Of a stretch of 32,000 bases of DNA, positions 26,528 to 32,000 are shown one piece after another. The position numbers and the translations under genes are program-made. Origin of the DNA: Nostoc punctiforme PCC 73102 (GTDB lineage: Bacteria > Cyanobacteriota > Cyanobacteriia > Cyanobacteriales > Nostocaceae); the NCBI RefSeq assembly GCF_000020025.1, contig NC_010628.1:4860001-4892000 (forward strand). Direction: 5' to 3'. How positions within the stretch are numbered: position 1 is the stretch's first letter; each line of letters begins with the position of its first letter. The notes below the pieces were generated by a model, which saw only the letters and a list, made by a program, of their open reading frames with translations, was not told the DNA's origin and did not search any database.

Positions 26528-28242
26528 AAAAATTTGTAGCCAGTTTCAGAAGTGGGACAAATACCTTGATTATTTTGACTCAAAAGGTATACTAATAAAC
26601 AATCTAAGTTATGCATAAATCTATACTTATATTAAATGATACAGTTATTAATCTACCGAACATAAGTAAAAATGCTGTAATAAACGATCGCCCCTTTAAG
26701 GCAATATAAGCTAATGATTAAGATTCCTCGATAATCTAAGAATTCTAATTCTAATTGCTGCAATTATAAGGCAAGTTATTAGATAACTTTCAGTTTTGCT
26801 TCCTTGTGCTAAAAAAGCTAGTTACCAATTGATAGAGCTATACAGCCAGTCGGTTTTTTATTTGAGCAGAAAATTGGTCGTTAAATAGCAAAACAGCTTT
26901 CGACATATCTGACAGTATGCGCTTCACTTCAGTGAAAAAAGGCCGAAGGTCAGTCTTAGTAAAGGTTGAGTTGAAATAAAATATATTTTGATATGTATTA
27001 TTAAGTGATATTACATAAAATAGACTGCTATTAAAATGTAACTTTAAACACAAAATGGCAACCGAAATAAATGATGCCAGTAAAAAATATTACATTTCAA
27101 TGTAGAATTAAATAGTTTAATAGCATAGATGTCATATAGCACAGATATTTGATTTTTTAAAAAGCTCAGTACAACTGACAAATTTTTCTTTCCTATTGAC
27201 CATTGCCTATCTATGCAGGTAAATATGGCTAGGCAACGCTGCGCGAACAGAAATCGAAGCAAATTCCTAATATTATGATGATTTTAACAACTTAGTCTAT
27301 GTATATGCAATTTTTTCCGTAATTCCACGGTGACAGTACATATTAAAGTGTACTATTAATAAGATATAAATCTCCATCGTTATCGAGAAAAAAATTAAGC
27401 GACAAAAGTAACTAGCAATTTAGTTTAAAGTATCAGCATTAAAAATATAATTAAACTGCCGATAAAAATATTTTTGCTAGATTGATCAAAAGTATCTAGA
27501 TTAACGAATAAGTGCCCCTTGGCAATGAGAAACTATATTGAATCAATTTTCGTCTGAGCTATTTCATAGAAAGTACAAGGTAATATTCTGTCAGTTGAAA
27601 ATTTAACTTTTTCTTAAAAAGGAAGCAATAGCAGCAGGCAGTAGAATATATCTTATCAAGAATAGACCTAACAGTTTACTAGACTCTTTTTTGAAAGATA
27701 CCCCGCCCCTTGTAAGTAGTTTTGTATGTTAATCAAATAATTCACTAAGTTGTATAGTTTACAACTATACTGTCAGAATGTCTGAAGATTACAACTTCAG
27801 CTCGCAAAACTGCAAACTGCATACGTGACAGTCTAGCTCATCTTATTTGTAAAGCTATAAAACTTGAAATGATAATACTGCCTTCGCTGTGAAGCGAAAG
27901 ACAGAAACTAATTCAGGACTCCTATTAAGAGGATTTTAGGGTGTGGCTAATTATCTAATTGTACTCTTTCTTAGAGCTAGAGGTAAGAATGTGGAAATGC
28001 AGACCTTGCCTTTTATGAATGGGTTGGCATTAAACAGTACCAAGTATTGTGTAAGTACTCATTCAAATCTTAAGTATGTAGGTTCAGTTAAAGCCGTATA
28101 GTCTATTGTGAACCTCCGTTAGCCCCAATTCCAATTTTCAAAATTACCAGAAAGTAACTGGTATTTAAGATATCTAAAAAAATGTGCTATAACGTACCGT
28201 CATAACTGTGGCTGATGGTTCGATCTTTGAAGGAGCTATGAG
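26528..28242. other. 1.7-kb AT-rich, ORF-poor spacer between divergent genes
   Basis: There is no + strand ORF of 60 aa or more. Only two low-complexity, TTG-initiated minus-strand ORFs occur (27044-27262 and 26838-27053). Hand counts on sampled 60-nt lines give about 20-32% G+C, versus about 50% in a sampled line of tsaD. Confidence 0.8.
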
Positions 28243-29154
28243 GTGGAAAACAATAAGTCGTTTCTGTGGCCAGAAGGAATATTAATTGCACTGCTTGCTT
28301 TAGGTGGTGTTTTTAGCCTTGCTTTCATGATGCTTCTCAGACCAAATACCTCAGAGGCTCAGAGTAGACAAAATATAGATGTCAAGGATGTGGCTGCAAA
28401 TGTAGGAACTCAGCAGCGGATTGAGAAATTAAAGGCGGCGATGTTTACAAGTTGGCAGCAAGAAGCACAAACAAAAGGGCTATCCTACGCTGTGCCATCA
28501 CGTTTTCAAGGGGCAATAATTGAAGAGGCAAAACTAACTCAGGGTGAAAAAGTGATTGCTCTCACCTTTGATGATGGTCCTTGGCCTGACACTACAGAGC
28601 AAGTGCTAGATATTCTGAAATCAAATAATATCAAAGGAACGTTTTTTGTTGTTGGGCAAAACCTAAAAAATTATCCAGAAATAGGAAAGAAAATTGTAAC
28701 TGAAGGTCATGTCATTGCTAACCATACTTGGCATCACTGGTATCACTTTTTTAATCAACAAGCAGCAGCTTTTGAAATTGATCGCACAACAGACCTAATC
28801 TATCAAATCACAGGCGCTAAAACAAATCTCTTCCGACCACCTGGTGGTAATCTGCACAATGGATTGTCTGCTTATGCTAAAGGACAGAAGTATGCTGTAA
28901 TCATGTGGTCGGCTGACTCAACAGACTACAAATTACCGACTGTACCAAAGTTGATAAATAACGTAATTAAAGATTCAAAACCTGGTGGTATTGTGCTGAT
29001 GCATGATGGTGGTGGGAACCGTTCTCGAACTGTACAAGCTTTACCAGAAATTATTAGCAACTTTAGAAAGCAAGGCTATCGCTTTGTGACTATTCCAGAA
29101 CTTTTAGAAATAGAAGATAAAGGTCAAAAGTTGCTTGCTAATAAAAAGCAATAA
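28243..29154 (+). CDS. polysaccharide deacetylase (NodB homology domain), membrane anchored
   Basis: 303-aa ORF with a GTG start 7 nt after AGGAG (28231-28235). It has an N-terminal TM helix and the NodB motifs LTFDDGPWP, HTWHH, FRPPGG and VLMHDG. Confidence 0.9.
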   Translation: MENNKSFLWPEGILIALLALGGVFSLAFMMLLRPNTSEAQSRQNIDVKDVAANVGTQQRIEKLKAAMFTSWQQEAQTKGLSYAVPSRFQGAIIEEAKLTQGEKVIALTFDDGPWPDTTEQVLDILKSNNIKGTFFVVGQNLKNYPEIGKKIVTEGHVIANHTWHHWYHFFNQQAAAFEIDRTTDLIYQITGAKTNLFRPPGGNLHNGLSAYAKGQKYAVIMWSADSTDYKLPTVPKLINNVIKDSKPGGIVLMHDGGGNRSRTVQALPEIISNFRKQGYRFVTIPELLEIEDKGQKLLANKKQ

Positions 29155-29236
29155 TTATGGTTAATTGGTCAATAATAATTGGCTAAAAACTAAAATTATA
29201 TTTTTTGTTTAAAATACATTATTTTTGAATTAGGTA

Positions 29237-29268
29237 ATAAAAATTCCCCTTATAAGGGGAATTTTTAT
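29237..29268. terminator. bidirectional terminator (perfect 32-nt palindrome)
   Basis: ATAAAAATTCCCCTTA|TAAGGGGAATTTTTAT is perfectly self-complementary, with an A-run on one side and a T-run on the other. It lies between the convergent deacetylase and glutamate synthase genes. Confidence 0.8.
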
Positions 29269-29343
29269 TATATCTCTACTCTATTCTCAGAAGTAAGTTC
29301 AGGTGGCTGCCTTAGCAATCCAAAGAGATTTTTGCTGAAGTTA

Positions 29344-32000
29344 TTAATGACTAGTTACTAAACTCAACTCAGTTATTTTTTCAGGATTAGCTTCGGGACT
29401 ATCAGCTTCAGAAGGTGGAACCAACTGCCAGAACTTCGGCAAAAATTCTTGCCAGTTTTGCAGAATTTTCTTTGCCTTTAGTGAACCAGTGCGTTCCGCA
29501 TGAGTTTGGATTAACTCTTGCAGTTGTTTTGCACCTACTTCCGTAATCACCCGTTGGATTTTGACTATTTCCGGGTTGACTAACTCACGAAATGAGTCAT
29601 CTTCATCTAAGAAGTATGCTAGTCCGCCAGTCATTCCAGCAGCGACGTTGCGTCCTACTTTACCGAGGACGACAATCACACCACCAGTCATGTATTCACA
29701 GCAGTGATCCCCAGCGCCTTCAATCACTGCGATGCCTTTGGAGTTTCTTACAGCAAAGCGTTCTCCTGCTTGTCCATTGGCAAATAACATGCCACCAGTA
29801 GCACCATAGAGGCACGTATTACCAACTATGACATTTTGTGATGCATTATAGGTAGCATCAGTTGGAGGTTTGATGATGATTTCACCACCATGCATCCCTT
29901 TACCTACGTAGTCGTTTGCTTCTCCTTCTAAGGACAAACTTATGCCGGGGAGGTTGAACGCACCAAAGCTTTGCCCAACACTACCTGTGAACTTGAGATT
30001 AATTTGTCCATCAAAGCCACTGTCACCATATTGAGAAGCGATCGCTCCCGCTAATCTTGTACCCACTGTTCTGTCAGTATTGACAATAGGGTAAGTTTTT
30101 TTGACAGAGGACTGATCCCTAATGGCAGCCTGAATGTCGGGATCGGCAAGGAACTTGTCATCCAAAACCACGCCGTTGCTGTGGACTTCTTCATGCAATA
30201 ACCAGCTACGATTATCTCTGGTATCTGGCAGCTTAAGTAAACAATCAAGATTTAGCGATCGCGTTTTGGTAAGTTTTGCCTCTGGGCGCAGTTTCAACAA
30301 ATCTGCACGTCCAATGATTTCTGACAAAGAACGGTAGCCAAGTCGTGCTAACAAACTACGCACTTCTTCGGCGATGAAGTAGAAGAAGTTGACAACCTGT
30401 TCCGGTATTCCGGTAAACCGCTTGCGGAGTTCTTCTTTCTGGGAAGCGACACCCACGGGGCAATTATTCGTGTGGCAGATACGCGCCATAATACAGCCTT
30501 CAGCAATCATGGCGATGGAGCCGAAACCAAATTCTTCAGCACCCATCAATGCACCTATTACCACATCCCAACCACTCTTAAGTCCGCCATCTACACGTAA
30601 AATCACGCGATCGCGCAAACTATTTTCCATCAAAACCCGATGCACTTCACTTAAACCCAATTCCCACGGCGAACCAGCGTGTTTAATCGAACTAAGCGGC
30701 GATGCACCTGTACCACCATCATGTCCAGAAACCTGAATGATATCAGCGTTTGCCTTAGCCACACCAGCCGCGATCGTACCAATGCCAACTTCTGAAACTA
30801 GCTTCACCGACACCTTTGCTTTGGGATTAATTTGGTGCAGATCGAAAATCAGTTGTGCTAGGTCTTCAATTGAATAGATATCATGATGTGGTGGCGGCGA
30901 AATCAGTGTCACACCTGGCTTCGAGCGCCTTAACATCGCAATATATTGGCTCACCTTTGGCCCTGGAAGTTGTCCACCTTCTCCAGGCTTGGCACCTTGA
31001 GCAATTTTAATTTCAATTTGTTTGGCGTTGACTAGGTACTCTGGCGTGACACCAAAGCGTCCTGACGCAACTTGCTTAATGGCACTAAAGGCTTTATCGC
31101 CATTCCGCAATCCTTTTAAATGAGGTAGGGTTGGCGAGTTACCAGACTCGTCTACATCATCTAGAACTTTATAGCGCACTGGGTCTTCGCCACCTTCCCC
31201 AGAGTTAGATTTACCACCGATGCGATTCATGGCGATCGCTAAAGTTTCATGGGCTTCTCTTGACAAAGCGCCTAAAGACATGCCACCGGTACAGAAACGT
31301 TTGACAATCTCAGCTACCGACTCTACTTCTTCTATAGAAATTGGGGTACGCTCGCCTTGGAAATCTAGCAGGTCTCGCAATGCCGTTACTGGTCTGCCTT
31401 GGAGGTGTTTTTTGTAAACTTCGTAGTGGTCATAGTTTTTGCCATCTAGAGCTTTATGCAGCGCCTTGACCATTTCGGGGCTATTCATGTGGTACTCGCC
31501 GCCAGGACGATACTGTACAAACCCCAGGTTTTCTAACTTCTTGGTCGTTAGTTCTGGGAAAGCCTTGACATGGAAGGAAAGTACTTCATCAGCGAGTTCG
31601 CTAACACTCAAACCACCAATGCGGGAAGTCGTACCACGAAATCCTAGTTCGATTAAATCTTTACCGATGCCAATAGCTTCAAAGATTTGGGCTGCTTGAT
31701 AGCTGGAGAGCAGAGAAATTCCCATCTTGGAGAGAATTTTGAGCAAACCTGACTCTACTGCTTTGCGATAGTTTCCTAAAGCTTGTTCTACGGTAAGGGT
31801 GGGAATTTTTTGCACCCCCATTAACTTTTGGGTTCTGGGATCAATGCACCAATCACGCACCGTATCCAAAGCCATATACGGGCAGACTGCACCAGCACCA
31901 TAGCCAATAAGACAAGCAAAGTGATGAGTACTCCAGCATTGGGCAGTATTGACAATCAGGGATGTTTTCATCCGCAACCCTTCCCGAATCAGGTGATGAT
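29344..32000 (-). CDS. gltB: glutamate synthase large subunit (probably ferredoxin-dependent GOGAT; also known as glsF/gltS), 5'-truncated by the window edge
   Basis: The reading frame stays open to the window end. It shows the FMN/synthase domain ([28 protein letters not shown] Fe-S region) and the C-terminal GXGXG beta-helix domain ([13 protein letters not shown]). Confidence 0.93.
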   Translation of the reverse strand, partial: HHLIREGLRMKTSLIVNTAQCWSTHHFACLIGYGAGAVCPYMALDTVRDWCIDPRTQKLMGVQKIPTLTVEQALGNYRKAVESGLLKILSKMGISLLSSYQAAQIFEAIGIGKDLIELGFRGTTSRIGGLSVSELADEVLSFHVKAFPELTTKKLENLGFVQYRPGGEYHMNSPEMVKALHKALDGKNYDHYEVYKKHLQGRPVTALRDLLDFQGERTPISIEEVESVAEIVKRFCTGGMSLGALSREAHETLAIAMNRIGGKSNSGEGGEDPVRYKVLDDVDESGNSPTLPHLKGLRNGDKAFSAIKQVASGRFGVTPEYLVNAKQIEIKIAQGAKPGEGGQLPGPKVSQYIAMLRRSKPGVTLISPPPHHDIYSIEDLAQLIFDLHQINPKAKVSVKLVSEVGIGTIAAGVAKANADIIQVSGHDGGTGASPLSSIKHAGSPWELGLSEVHRVLMENSLRDRVILRVDGGLKSGWDVVIGALMGAEEFGFGSIAMIAEGCIMARICHTNNCPVGVASQKEELRKRFTGIPEQVVNFFYFIAEEVRSLLARLGYRSLSEIIGRADLLKLRPEAKLTKTRSLNLDCLLKLPDTRDNRSWLLHEEVHSNGVVLDDKFLADPDIQAAIRDQSSVKKTYPIVNTDRTVGTRLAGAIASQYGDSGFDGQINLKFTGSVGQSFGAFNLPGISLSLEGEANDYVGKGMHGGEIIIKPPTDATYNASQNVIVGNTCLYGATGGMLFANGQAGERFAVRNSKGIAVIEGAGDHCCEYMTGGVIVVLGKVGRNVAAGMTGGLAYFLDEDDSFRELVNPEIVKIQRVITEVGAKQLQELIQTHAERTGSLKAKKILQNWQEFLPKFWQLVPPSEADSPEANPEKITELSLVTSH

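Noticed and set aside
26444-30037. A 3.6-kb stretch without any HIP1 (GCGATCGC) site, considered as evidence that the AT-rich spacer plus deacetylase is foreign DNA
   Set aside because: By my own scan, comparable HIP1-free gaps occur over ordinary core genes (about 10703-14127 and about 20345-24349). The gap alone is therefore not informative.

Overview
This window looks like a core chromosomal segment of a Nostoc/Anabaena-type (Nostocales) cyanobacterium. Three things support that: about 29 HIP1 octamers (GCGATCGC) counted by eye, heptameric STRR-like tandem repeats and hairpin repeats in most intergenic spacers, and a psaF-psaJ-psaL photosystem I cluster. I call about 31 protein genes, almost all housekeeping: hemB, pdhB, secD/secF, two paralogous GNAT acetyltransferases, a membrane histidine-kinase-like protein, tsaC, prmC, a Tic22-like protein, an ACT-domain protein, an alpha/beta hydrolase, tsaD, psaF/J/L, gmk, remA, pyrF, tyrS, a class A PBP, a DnaJ-TPR protein, a TM2-SHOCT protein, a ComEA-like HhH protein, lepB, a NodB-type deacetylase and the 3' two-thirds of glutamate synthase. 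There is also one tRNA-Pro(UGG) and one decayed antitoxin-like pseudogene. I found no convincing novel multi-gene system: no defence, mobile-element, CRISPR or biosynthetic cluster. The most unusual features are: (1) a 1.7-kb very AT-rich, ORF-poor spacer (26528-28242) between divergent lepB and the deacetylase gene, with a possibly frameshifted ORF pair, a recurring TGACAGT motif and local hairpins; (2) a histidine kinase whose ATP-binding motifs all look degenerate and whose 3' end overlaps a convergent GNAT gene; (3) a composite hairpin element with a perfect 20-bp palindrome, present downstream of two unrelated genes; (4) a MITE-like 185-bp element upstream of the pyrF operon; (5) a decayed AbrB-type antitoxin-like gene plus candidate regulatory motifs in the hemB-pdhB spacer. 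All functional calls rest on motif recognition by eye, not on database searches.
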